From the IMG/VR virus record IMGVR_UViG_3300016472_000141, positions 1 to 26,153 of that record: 26,153 bases of DNA; one strand, given 5' to 3'. Shown piece by piece: positions 1 through 8,046 of the stretch. A program made the translations under genes and the position numbers. Position 1 is the first letter of the stretch, and the number at the start of each line of letters is the position of its first letter. This DNA comes from a virus (taxonomy: Duplodnaviria > Caudoviricetes). The notes below the pieces were generated by a model that saw only the letters and a list, made by a program, of their open reading frames with translations, was not told the DNA's origin and made no database searches.

Positions 1-426
1 GGCGGCGTCGGCGGCGGCGGCGCGGGCGAAGGCGGCGTCGGCGCGGGCGGCGGCGCTGGCGTCGGCTGCACTCTTGTCCGCGTCCTCGACGCACGCCGCG
101 CAAAACGCCGCACGCACGCGATCCCACGCGGCACCGTCGAGGACGTGCCACCGGCTCATCTGCTCGCCGAAGCGTCCGGCCCAGGCTGCTGCGTCGTCCT
201 TGCCTTGCCCGTCAAACATTCCGACGACGATCAGCGCCAGCCACTGCGGCATCACGCTGGCGGGACACTCGGTGGCGCTCACAATTTCTGGAGAGATCGC
301 GCCGAGGACGCACGCGAGTTCGCGTCCTTGCGCGTCCTGGCTATGCCACTCTCCCTGCACGAGCCGCTGCTCACGCAGGTGCTGAAGGATGCGCTCGCTG
401 GCGACGCGGTTGTCGATGTCGGTCAT
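1..426 (-). CDS. Phage early-region protein with Ala-rich low-complexity tail (runs off the window edge)
   Basis: Translated by hand from ATG at 426: MTDIDNRVASERILQHLREQRLVQGEW...ACVLGAISPEIVSATECPASVMPQWLALIVVGMFDG...AADASAAARADAAFARAAAADAA. Open to base 1, so absent from the ORF track (no stop). Confidence 0.8.
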   Translation of the reverse strand, partial: MTDIDNRVASERILQHLREQRLVQGEWHSQDAQGRELACVLGAISPEIVSATECPASVMPQWLALIVVGMFDGQGKDDAAAWAGRFGEQMSRWHVLDGAAWDRVRAAFCAACVEDADKSAADASAAARADAAFARAAAADAA

Positions 427-428
427 GG

Positions 429-503
429 TCAGGCGACCTCGGCCGCGGACAGCCGGACGCCGGCGCCGACGATGCCGGCGAGCGCGAGGCGAGCGGCGGC
501 CAT
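429..503 (-). CDS. 24-aa mini-ORF (MAAARLALAGIVGAGVRLSAAEVA)
   Basis: ATG overlaps the upstream stop (TGATG at 501-505); its stop lies 2 nt before the next ATG (426), filling the gap exactly. Confidence 0.4.
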   Translation of the reverse strand: MAAARLALAGIVGAGVRLSAAEVA

Positions 504-730
504 CACAGGGCACCTCGGCCGAGCTGGAGGCGCGCAACCGACAGGCCGGCCTGGCGCAGCGCCGGCTCGATGTGTCGTAGGTAGGCTACCTCGTCCACCG
601 CCAGAGCCACCAAGCCCTGTACGCCGTTCGGGTTGCTCGCGTCGATGCGGAACAGCCCCACCTCGCCGGCCTGCGCTCGCGCGAATGCCATGAACAGCGC
701 GACGCGCACATCGTCATCCATGCTGGCCAT
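503..730 (-). CDS. Hypothetical 75-aa protein, first gene of the leftward early operon
   Basis: Within ORF 503..871; start re-assigned to ATG 730, which has a GGAGG Shine-Dalgarno (TCTGGAGGTCTGAAG-ATG). Sequence begins MASMDDDVRVALF. Confidence 0.7.
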   Translation of the reverse strand: MASMDDDVRVALFMAFARAQAGEVGLFRIDASNPNGVQGLVALAVDEVAYLRHIEPALRQAGLSVARLQLGRGAL

Positions 731-852
731 CTTCAGACCTCCAGAAAGTGCAGCGGCCGCCTCGCGACGCGCCGAGGGGACCCCTCGTGTGGTCGACGCG
801 CAGAAGTTGGTCAGGCAAGGCCGGCCGCTGCGGTGTTCCGATCCTGCGACAC

Positions 853-918
853 TGTCCAGATGTCTAGGCATGCGAGGTCCCGACAGGGTTCTAGCGTCCC
901 GTCTTGGGGCTGTCCAGA
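853..918 (-). promoter_or_regulatory. Putative leftward early promoter and repressor operator(s)
   Basis: Minus strand TGGACA (911-916), 17 nt, TAGAAC (888-893). Imperfect palindrome TGTCCAGA-TG-TCTAGGCA (853-870). CTGTCCAGA repeated at 852-860 and 910-918. Lies in the divergent gap before the repressor. Confidence 0.4.
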
Positions 919-1001
919 CGCTTTTCGGCTCGTTCGGTTGATGTTTGGTGCCGGGTAGCCGATCAGATCCGCAGCGGGTGAACTAAGGCCCTGCATCCAC
1001 C

Positions 1002-1415
1002 ATGGCCGACCAGACCAAATCCGTCTTCGCCGCTCGCCTGACGGCTCTACGCCACGGCCGGGCTCTGTCGCAGCCGCAGTTGGCCGACGTCACGGGCATC
1101 GGCAAGACCACCATCCAGAAGTGGGAGTGCGACGAGACCGAGCCGACCGCCGGCAATCTTGTGCGGCTGGCGCAGTACTTCGGCTGTACCATCGACTACC
1201 TCTGCGGGCTGTCCGATTGCCCCGAGCGCCTGCCGCCGGGCAAGTGGGTGGTCGACGATGACCGTCTCGCCGAAGCCAAGGGCGGGAAGCCGATCCGCTG
1301 GGAACGCGAATCTCTCGGCGTTCCGATCCCGCAGCGGGCCCGAATCGTCGACTCGACGACGTACTACCACCTCGTCGGCGAGCTGCAGGCCACCTGCCGC
1401 GCGGCGAAGAAGTAG
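1002..1415 (+). CDS. XRE/HTH_3 family phage repressor (no S24 peptidase domain)
   Basis: FAARLTALRHGRALSQPQLADVTGIGKTTIQKWECDETEPTAGNLVRLAQYFGCTIDYLCG is a classic XRE HTH. Only credible + strand gene, divergent from the early genes. Confidence 0.9.
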   Translation: MADQTKSVFAARLTALRHGRALSQPQLADVTGIGKTTIQKWECDETEPTAGNLVRLAQYFGCTIDYLCGLSDCPERLPPGKWVVDDDRLAEAKGGKPIRWERESLGVPIPQRARIVDSTTYYHLVGELQATCRAAKK

Positions 1416-1417
1416 AG

Positions 1418-1540
1418 CTACTCGGCCGGCGCCGGCGGCGGGGTGCAGCCGCAGCGCACCTGACCGCACCATGCACACCCTTCAGGCGCGGGCACGTCGG
1501 CTCGCTCCGGCGGGCGGACGTGGTCCAGCTCGTGCGGCAT
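1418..1540 (-). CDS. 40-aa Cys-rich mini-protein (C-x2-C-x4-C-x-C)
   Basis: MPHELDHVRPPERADVPAPEGCAWCGQVRCGCTPPPAPAE. ATG 5 nt after the upstream stop; its stop lies 2 nt from the repressor stop. Confidence 0.5.
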   Translation of the reverse strand: MPHELDHVRPPERADVPAPEGCAWCGQVRCGCTPPPAPAE

Positions 1541-1545
1541 GGCTC

Positions 1546-1854
1546 TCACAGCGCAGCCAGCGCCGCGCCCAGAAGTCGCGTGACGATCCGCGTCCAGGCG
1601 GCCTGCACGGCTTGCTGCACGCGCACGCGGTGCGTCAGCGTGCGGTTCTGCGCCTCGGCCGACAGCGCAGCGGTCAGCGCGGTGACGTCTTCTCCGCGGG
1701 CGGCCCGGATAGGCAGCATCGCCGCGTCGTGCGCCATGGCGACCAACGCCGCCCGCTCGGCCGGGTTCGAGAGGTCGCACATCTGCTGGTCAAGCAGATG
1801 GTCGAGCTCGGCCTTGACCTCGTCGAGCAGGCCGTCGAGTGGGCCGGGCATCAC
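1546..1854 (-). CDS. Helical protein with C-terminal amphipathic/hydrophobic helix (lysis-cassette position)
   Basis: Overlaps the upstream lipoprotein stop; ends AWTRIVTRLLGAALAAL. Confidence 0.75.
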   Translation of the reverse strand: MMPGPLDGLLDEVKAELDHLLDQQMCDLSNPAERAALVAMAHDAAMLPIRAARGEDVTALTAALSAEAQNRTLTHRVRVQQAVQAAWTRIVTRLLGAALAAL

Positions 1855-2093
1855 TTGGCCTCGGCGGCGCGCTCGTCGGCCGCGATGCGGGCGCTCCAGG
1901 CCTGCAGCCCGCGCAGGTGCGTCTGCCGCGCCGCCTCGTCGAGCTTCGCGTCGGCGGTCAGGTACGCGACCATCATCGGCGCGAACCAGTCGTAGGTGGC
2001 GCGGTCGGCGGCGATGCGCTGACGGTCAGGACCGCAGCAGCCGGCGACGAGCAGGGACGCCGCAAGCGCGGCACGACGGGCGACTCGCTTCAC
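1851..2093 (-). CDS. Small lipoprotein (possible spanin-like component)
   Basis: Start re-assigned to GTG 2093 (GTGA overlap): MKRVARRAALAASLLVAG-C. Basic n-region, hydrophobic h-region and lipobox; 80 aa. Confidence 0.8.
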   Translation of the reverse strand: MKRVARRAALAASLLVAGCCGPDRQRIAADRATYDWFAPMMVAYLTADAKLDEAARQTHLRGLQAWSARIAADERAAEAK

Positions 2094-2446
2094 TCGTTTC
2101 TCCTCTGCTGCATCATCTGCAGCATCCTCTGTTCGCGTTTCTCGGACTCGTCGCGGACCTCGCGGACCATGTTGTGCGTCGTCTCTGCAAACGTGCGCGA
2201 AATCGTACTCGTCGTGTCCAGGTGCTTTTGCGTCAGCTCGTCGTGCGCCTTCCGCATGCGCTCTTCGCGCTGGAGAAAGTACCACGCGACGCCGAAGGCG
2301 AGGCCGCCGCTACCGACCCCGAGGAACTTGTCCCACGGAACGGACAGCACGTCTGCAGTGCCTTGCCAGTCGCCGGTGATGATGCGCACGCTGCCGTACG
2401 CCACCAGGCCGGCCATCGTCGACAGCACCGAGTGAGAGAACGTCAT
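2090..2446 (-). CDS. Holin-like membrane protein
   Basis: Hydrophobic N-terminal segments (…FLGVGSGGLAFGVAWYFL) followed by a charged coiled-coil tail; located after the tail genes. Confidence 0.55.
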   Translation of the reverse strand: MTFSHSVLSTMAGLVAYGSVRIITGDWQGTADVLSVPWDKFLGVGSGGLAFGVAWYFLQREERMRKAHDELTQKHLDTTSTISRTFAETTHNMVREVRDESEKREQRMLQMMQQRRNE

Positions 2447-2449
2447 GGC

Positions 2450-2659
2450 TCAGTTCTGGATGGCCACCACGCCGTACTCGGCGCTGAGCAGAAACCGACC
2501 CGACGCGCCGGCGCCGACCTGCTCCAGGCTGACCCGCGGCACGATCATGCACCCGTGCCGCCGGAGGACTTCGGCGATCTCGCGGCCGCACGCGGCCGTG
2601 CGGTCGGACTCGGTTGGCTGAGATGCGCCCAGAACGTCGGTGACGTGTTGTTCGTCCAT
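2450..2659 (-). CDS. Small hypothetical protein downstream of the tail-tip gene
   Basis: ATG 2659 (leaderless from the motif promoter) or GTG 2677 preceded by AAGGAGG; MDEQHVTD...ACGREIAEVLRRHGCMIVP. Confidence 0.7.
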   Translation of the reverse strand: MDEQHVTDVLGASQPTESDRTAACGREIAEVLRRHGCMIVPRVSLEQVGAGASGRFLLSAEYGVVAIQN

Positions 2660-2710
2660 CGCCTGCACACTACGCACTCCCGCCTCCTTGACGTTCCACC
2701 TGGAACGTCA
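2659..2710 (-). promoter_or_regulatory. Late-promoter motif copy 1 (palindrome + -10 box + ATG)
   Basis: TGACGTTCCA-CC-TGGAACGTCA inverted repeat with perfect 10-bp arms (2689-2710, core 2693-2706); 20 nt; TAGTGT (2667-2672); 7 nt; ATG 2659. Confidence 0.7.
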
Positions 2711-5700
2711 GGATGCGGGCACGTAGCTCAGCGTTGCGCCGACGAGCGTCACATCGATCGAGCCGCTGTTCACGTCCGACTGGAACGAGACCAGCACAGC
2801 GATCGGCGAAGACGTCGTGGCGGTGCCGTCGCCGTAGATCGGGCCGCCGCGCATCGTCGCCGAGTCGGACCAGTCGCCGACGCCAACTGCGGCTGCGGTG
2901 GCCTGCGACATCGTGATGAGCCCAGTCATGCGCTGCTTGCTGGCCCCTCTGCTCGCTACCACGATGCGGCCGTACAGCGCGCGCCGATTTGCGCTCGTGG
3001 TGACGCTGGCAGCCTGCTGGTACACCGTGGTCCCGGCCAGCTTGATCCGCAGCGTCATCGCGGACGTGCTGCCGCTGTTGTTCAGCATGCTGCCCCAGAA
3101 CTCCAAGATGGCGTGCGACCCCGCCGTCGCCAGCAGGTCTGCCGCCACCGTTTGCGTCGTCAGCGTCTGCTCAGTCACGCTGCTCTTGCAGATGGTCCGG
3201 ACAGGATCGCCACCCTCCGAGCTCTGCAAGCCGAAGGTGCAGTTGCTCGGCGAGACCTTCGACCACTGCAGCGATCCGCCGGTCTCCAACAGGACTCCGT
3301 TGGACCCGGTCACGGTCGAGATCTCAGTCCACGGAGACGACGTGGCGAGATCGCCGCGCCCCAGCACGCCGAGGCCGGAGAGGCTGTACGGGGTATCCGA
3401 TACCGCTAGCTGCTGCCACTTGGCTCCGACTACCTCGTAGTACTCGACCGTGGTGATCGCGCCGCTGTCGTTCAGGACGCGCACCTGACCCGGTTCCGGG
3501 ATCGCTGGCCGCTCCGCACTCGTTCCGTCCGGGATCTGCACAGCCGAGCCGAAGAACTGGCTGAGCACCTGACCCGTCACGGAGTCAATGCCCATCTTCG
3601 CGATGCTCTGAGGGTTGCGCGCCGAGTCGAGCTGCTCGATGAGCAGCTGCTGAGACGCCGCCGACGCCTGGCGCATGCGCACGCCGTAGCCCTGGAGGCC
3701 GCCGTCCCGGTGCGGCTGCCCCAGCGCGAGCGCTACGCCGGGCGCGCAGGCGACGTAGCTGGTGGTGCCGGCTGCCCAGGCGCTCCAGCTTGCCGGCCCG
3801 AGGCCGAAGTACCCCTCCATCGACACTCCGGGCGGGTGGTACAGCAGACCACCGCTTGCCGTCCCGCCGCGGCTCACCGATAGAGCCGGGCTCTCCGCGT
3901 AGTTCCAGCAGTCGTCGGTCTGGCTGCCCCACGCCGTGCCGCTCAGGACGTTTGGGCGCGCCTGCTCGTCGGCGATGACGTCGGCGGCCGAGACGGTGCT
4001 CAGGTCAGAACCGAGGAAATCCTGCGCTCCTCTCTGCCACTTCTGCGGCCGCTGCTGCGTGCCAGAGAACCCCGTGCTGAACGGGTGCAGGATGTTCGGC
4101 TTCTTGCGCTTCCGGTCGTTGGCGTCATCGTTGCCGCCGACGGTACGCCCAGGCCGCGCGTTGCCGCCGTTGGGCAGCGTCGGCACACTGTCTCGCGTCG
4201 GAGGCAGAGGACCGGGCTGGTCGTTCGGCTGCGCGCCGGCGTCTTCGCCACCATCTCCTCCACCAGGCGTGATCGGGCCACCGCCGGGCTTTGGAGCCGG
4301 CGGCGTCGCCGGGTAGCCCGGGAAGCGCGTGCCGCCCGGGTTGGGCGTGATCGGTCCAGGAGGTGCCGGAGGACCGCCGCCAGGAGGCACGCCGGGACCA
4401 GCTGGCCCACCAGTCCCAGGACCGCCAGGACCGCCCGTCGGCGGGACGGGGACGCCTGGCCCAGGAGCGCCCGGCGTCGCCGGGCCGCCCGGCGTAGTCG
4501 GACCCCGAGGCCGCGGCGCCGGGGTGCCAGGCGGCTGGCCAGGCGTCGGCGGCTGCCCGGTGGTGGGAGTCGGCACGACGTACGGCACCTCGCACCACCA
4601 GCGCCAGATGCCCGGTCGAGCCTTGCCTCGCCACATGTGCTGGTAGTCGCCGTCCCACGACAGGTGCACACGACCAGTCAGCGGCAGCGGGCCGGGGTTC
4701 GGATACCGACCCTCGAACAGCATCGGCCCGTCGTTGTCCTGGTTGCGGAACCAGTTCGCGTTGACCGACAGGTGCGCGCTGTTGATCGGGTGCCCGTCGC
4801 GGTCGGTGCCGATGCGGTGCTTGTCGCCGATGTGCCCGCAGTGGATCGGACCGCCAGCGTCGAACGCATCGAGCAGCGCGACGGCGTACTGCGGCTGCGA
4901 CAGCGGCCGGAACGTCCCCCACTCGCTGGGCGTCTTGCCGACGTCGCCACTCGACCCCGCGGCCGTGGCCGCAAGCGCCGGAGCTCCACCCTGTGTGATC
5001 GGCCCGCCACCACCGCCACCCATCACGCACCTGCCGAACACCGCGCCATAGCCAGGCACGCCGTCTTGGTCCGACGCGGTGTAGTTGAGCGCCAGCAGGT
5101 TGTGCGAGCTCGGGAACAGGTTGTCAGTGGTGCCACCGCCCGGCGACATCGCGATGACCCGCACGAGGCTCTGGAGCTTCGCCTGTCGGCCGCCGATGCC
5201 GGGCCGACTGCTGCCGCCCATGCACGGCTCCCAATCCGGCTGCAGGTCGGCCACGATCGTGCCACAGTCTCCAGGTCCGCCGGCGTTCGGTGCCCACAGG
5301 CGAGGGTCGAGGTTGCCGACGAGCTCGTACTGCGCGCGCTCTTCCGTCGCCGGCAGCACGACCGACATGGCCCCGCGAGGAATCAGTTGCAGGCCGGGAC
5401 CGTAGATCGCCGGCTTGGCGGCGAACCGACGGTCCGCCCTCCATCCGTCTCGCCGCACCGGGTAAATGACGCTCGGCCCTGACGAGCCGACGGTGGTCGG
5501 ACCACTGCCTACTGCCGACTCGCCGTCCGTGACGGCGGCGAACACCGACTGCCAGGCACCCATGCCGCGGCGCTCTCTCCCAGCGGTCTGCCAGTACAGC
5601 CACGGGTGCATGTCGCCCAGCGTCCCCATGCCGTTCTCTCGGCCGAGCTCGGTGTGGTGGCCGGACGGAGTCGCCTCCAGCGTCGGGTCGTGTTCCTTCA

Positions 5701-5812
5701 CGACTCGCGCGCCGACCACCATCTTGCGGCGGCTGATCGAGATCCGGCCGTCGGCCTGGAAGTCTTGGAGGGGCAGAAAGCCGAGGTCGGCGTAGTCGGA
5801 GAGCTTGCTCAT
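2708..5812 (-). CDS. Large tail-tip/fibre protein with central Pro/Gly-rich linker
   Basis: 1034 aa. C-terminal part has phage fibre-type motifs (QIPDGTSAERPAIPEPGQVRV..EYY..W; GVLGRG) and a Ser/Thr-rich beta domain. Follows the hub-like gene. Confidence 0.7.
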   Translation of the reverse strand: MSKLSDYADLGFLPLQDFQADGRISISRRKMVVGARVVKEHDPTLEATPSGHHTELGRENGMGTLGDMHPWLYWQTAGRERRGMGAWQSVFAAVTDGESAVGSGPTTVGSSGPSVIYPVRRDGWRADRRFAAKPAIYGPGLQLIPRGAMSVVLPATEERAQYELVGNLDPRLWAPNAGGPGDCGTIVADLQPDWEPCMGGSSRPGIGGRQAKLQSLVRVIAMSPGGGTTDNLFPSSHNLLALNYTASDQDGVPGYGAVFGRCVMGGGGGGPITQGGAPALAATAAGSSGDVGKTPSEWGTFRPLSQPQYAVALLDAFDAGGPIHCGHIGDKHRIGTDRDGHPINSAHLSVNANWFRNQDNDGPMLFEGRYPNPGPLPLTGRVHLSWDGDYQHMWRGKARPGIWRWWCEVPYVVPTPTTGQPPTPGQPPGTPAPRPRGPTTPGGPATPGAPGPGVPVPPTGGPGGPGTGGPAGPGVPPGGGPPAPPGPITPNPGGTRFPGYPATPPAPKPGGGPITPGGGDGGEDAGAQPNDQPGPLPPTRDSVPTLPNGGNARPGRTVGGNDDANDRKRKKPNILHPFSTGFSGTQQRPQKWQRGAQDFLGSDLSTVSAADVIADEQARPNVLSGTAWGSQTDDCWNYAESPALSVSRGGTASGGLLYHPPGVSMEGYFGLGPASWSAWAAGTTSYVACAPGVALALGQPHRDGGLQGYGVRMRQASAASQQLLIEQLDSARNPQSIAKMGIDSVTGQVLSQFFGSAVQIPDGTSAERPAIPEPGQVRVLNDSGAITTVEYYEVVGAKWQQLAVSDTPYSLSGLGVLGRGDLATSSPWTEISTVTGSNGVLLETGGSLQWSKVSPSNCTFGLQSSEGGDPVRTICKSSVTEQTLTTQTVAADLLATAGSHAILEFWGSMLNNSGSTSAMTLRIKLAGTTVYQQAASVTTSANRRALYGRIVVASRGASKQRMTGLITMSQATAAAVGVGDWSDSATMRGGPIYGDGTATTSSPIAVLVSFQSDVNSGSIDVTLVGATLSYVPAS

Positions 5813-8046
5813 CTTGCCGGCTGCGTTCCGTTGGGGAGGATGCCGAGGATCAGGTTGCGCACGCTATCCGGCAGGAGCGCGATGCGGTTGATGACGCGCT
5901 GGTAGCCGGTGAAGTCGTGAACCGCCAGGCACTTGCCAGACGGAGCAGACTGCACCGACACACCGACCGAGCCAATGTTGCCGACCAGTTTCAGCCCGCG
6001 CGACGGGATGCTCGAGGAGGCCTGCCCCATCGTGCTGTCGGCGAACTGCGCAAACAGCTCGGCCGCGTAGCTCAGCGCGTGGTCTTCGATTTCGGACTTG
6101 CCGTTCGTCAGCGTGTAGCCAGGAATCTCCTCACCGTCGATGCCGGCGCTGTCGGTCTCCTCTTGATCGAGCCCGAGAAGCCGCTGGATGCCGGTCGCCG
6201 CCTGCGCCTCGTCCGTGAACGCATACCGAGCAGTGAGTTCTCCAGGCGCCACGAACACCGACAGCACAGGACCGCGGCCCGACTTGATGCGGAACTCCTT
6301 GCGGTAGAGGGCCGAGATGTCTTCGGCCTTGACGACGCGGCGCAGGTACTGGCGCTGATTGTTTGGCGCGCACGGCACGATGGTCACCATCGTCTTGCAC
6401 GTCAGGCGCGGCGACAGGCTGATGCCTGTCGTCGTGCCCTCGATCTTCACGCCCATCCCGGTCGGCCTGGTGTCCTGATCAGACAGGTCGCGCCACGGCG
6501 TCGACAGGGTGCCGCGCTCGTCTACCAGGTTGCACGGTACGTACGCCGCCACTGTTCCGTACGGGCTCTCGATCCACTCCAACCGGAAGATGCCGAGGTC
6601 TTTGTCGACGATGTCCACCCGCACCGGGCTCGGCGCGCGGTCGATAATGGCCGATCCGTTGGGGCTCACCATGTCCACGTTGCGGAACATTCCGGACTGA
6701 CTGGCGTCTCCCGGCGAGGAGATCATCATCCCCTTCGTTGTCGGAATCAGGCACCCCTGAGACCACGCGCATGCCGTCGCGCGCGCACCAGTTACGGGAT
6801 CAAGCACGCCGACACGGACCGGCTGCATGTCCCTCACCCGCTCCATGTACCGGCGGTTGACTCGGAACGTCTGTCGGAAGTGCTGCTTGAGCGCCTGGAT
6901 GCGCGCCATCACGTTCGCGTCGGCCAACACGTCGAGGTTCTGGCCACCGGCCTTGCCGCCGAGCGCCGCCTCGATGTCCCCGAGCACCCAGTGCGGCGCG
7001 AAGTTCGCGAACGTCCACTCCCACGGCGATGTGGCAGGCTTGCTGGCGTTCATCGCCGACAACCACTTGCCGGCCTCCACCCAGGTCCCCATCGGGACCG
7101 TCTTCGCGTCCGTGATGCCACGCTCTGGATCGAAGTCGCTGACCCTAGTCGACGGGTCGACCGTGGGAATCACATTCTCGATGAACGGCGCGTTCCGCCC
7201 GAGGCTGGCCGACGTCTGTCCGCTGAAGTCGTCAGAGAACGAAAACAGCGCCTCTACTTCTCGCTGGTAGTAGAGGTGGATCTCGCGCGGCCTGATGGCC
7301 TTCCGGTCGACGTACTCCAGCTTGTTGCCGTCCCAGGACAGCGGCGGCAGCTCGGTGCGCGCGAACTGGTCGACGGCGTCGAGGTCGGTGCCGTCGAAGA
7401 TCCGCACCACGCCGTCGGCTCCGACGTACACTTCCGCCCCTGGGATCATCTGCAGGACCTTGGACAGCGCCGAGTCGCCCTGGTCGCGCAGCAGAAGGTT
7501 CTGAACGCTGATGACGCCGTCGGTGGGCGTCGCAGCGTCCTTCACTGGCCAGCTGTCGATCAGGTATCGACGCGGCTCCAACTGGTCGAGCACGTCGCGC
7601 ACTACGTCCTGCGCCCCCCACCTGTCTCGCGAGTTCTTCAGGCTCGACTTGCGGTAGGTGTACTGGTCGATCGTCACCGTGGTCTCGACAGGAACCGTCT
7701 GCTTTGCCGTCCGGTCGCCAGTCTTCCGTGGCACGTTGTAGTCGCGGACGATCAGCTTGTACGACCAGAGCCAGCGCTTGTCGGCGACAAGGAACGTCAC
7801 CAGCTTCGGAGCCGAGCTGGGCAGCTTGTGCAGGATGTAGACCTCGCGGAACTCGGTGCGCACGCCGCGTGCGTCGTCGATTCGCAAGGTCAGAGGCTGC
7901 CCAACCTGCCCCTCCAGCTTGGGCCAGTCGCTCTGATGGACCGACATGGACGTCTGGTACGGCGTGACGCCAGTCACCAGACGCCACGTCACCGGCGCCG
8001 ACGCCGCCAGGAACACGTTGCCGATGCTGACTTGCGTCGGCATCAC
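5809..8046 (-). CDS. Baseplate hub/Tal-like protein
   Basis: 745 aa; AQDVVRDVLDQL...DSALSKVLQMIPGAEVYVGADGVVRIFD resembles hub proteins. Start GTG 8046 or ATG 8043. Confidence 0.6.
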   Translation of the reverse strand: MMPTQVSIGNVFLAASAPVTWRLVTGVTPYQTSMSVHQSDWPKLEGQVGQPLTLRIDDARGVRTEFREVYILHKLPSSAPKLVTFLVADKRWLWSYKLIVRDYNVPRKTGDRTAKQTVPVETTVTIDQYTYRKSSLKNSRDRWGAQDVVRDVLDQLEPRRYLIDSWPVKDAATPTDGVISVQNLLLRDQGDSALSKVLQMIPGAEVYVGADGVVRIFDGTDLDAVDQFARTELPPLSWDGNKLEYVDRKAIRPREIHLYYQREVEALFSFSDDFSGQTSASLGRNAPFIENVIPTVDPSTRVSDFDPERGITDAKTVPMGTWVEAGKWLSAMNASKPATSPWEWTFANFAPHWVLGDIEAALGGKAGGQNLDVLADANVMARIQALKQHFRQTFRVNRRYMERVRDMQPVRVGVLDPVTGARATACAWSQGCLIPTTKGMMISSPGDASQSGMFRNVDMVSPNGSAIIDRAPSPVRVDIVDKDLGIFRLEWIESPYGTVAAYVPCNLVDERGTLSTPWRDLSDQDTRPTGMGVKIEGTTTGISLSPRLTCKTMVTIVPCAPNNQRQYLRRVVKAEDISALYRKEFRIKSGRGPVLSVFVAPGELTARYAFTDEAQAATGIQRLLGLDQEETDSAGIDGEEIPGYTLTNGKSEIEDHALSYAAELFAQFADSTMGQASSSIPSRGLKLVGNIGSVGVSVQSAPSGKCLAVHDFTGYQRVINRIALLPDSVRNLILGILPNGTQPAR

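Noticed and set aside
1-70. GGCGGCGTCGGC repeats as CRISPR or DGR variable repeat
   Set aside because: They simply encode the Ala/Asp low-complexity tail; no spacers and no reverse transcriptase.
2689-2710. Palindrome as a rho-independent terminator
   Set aside because: 2-nt loop and no U-tract; the core recurs elsewhere with fixed spacing to a -10 box, favouring a protein-binding site.
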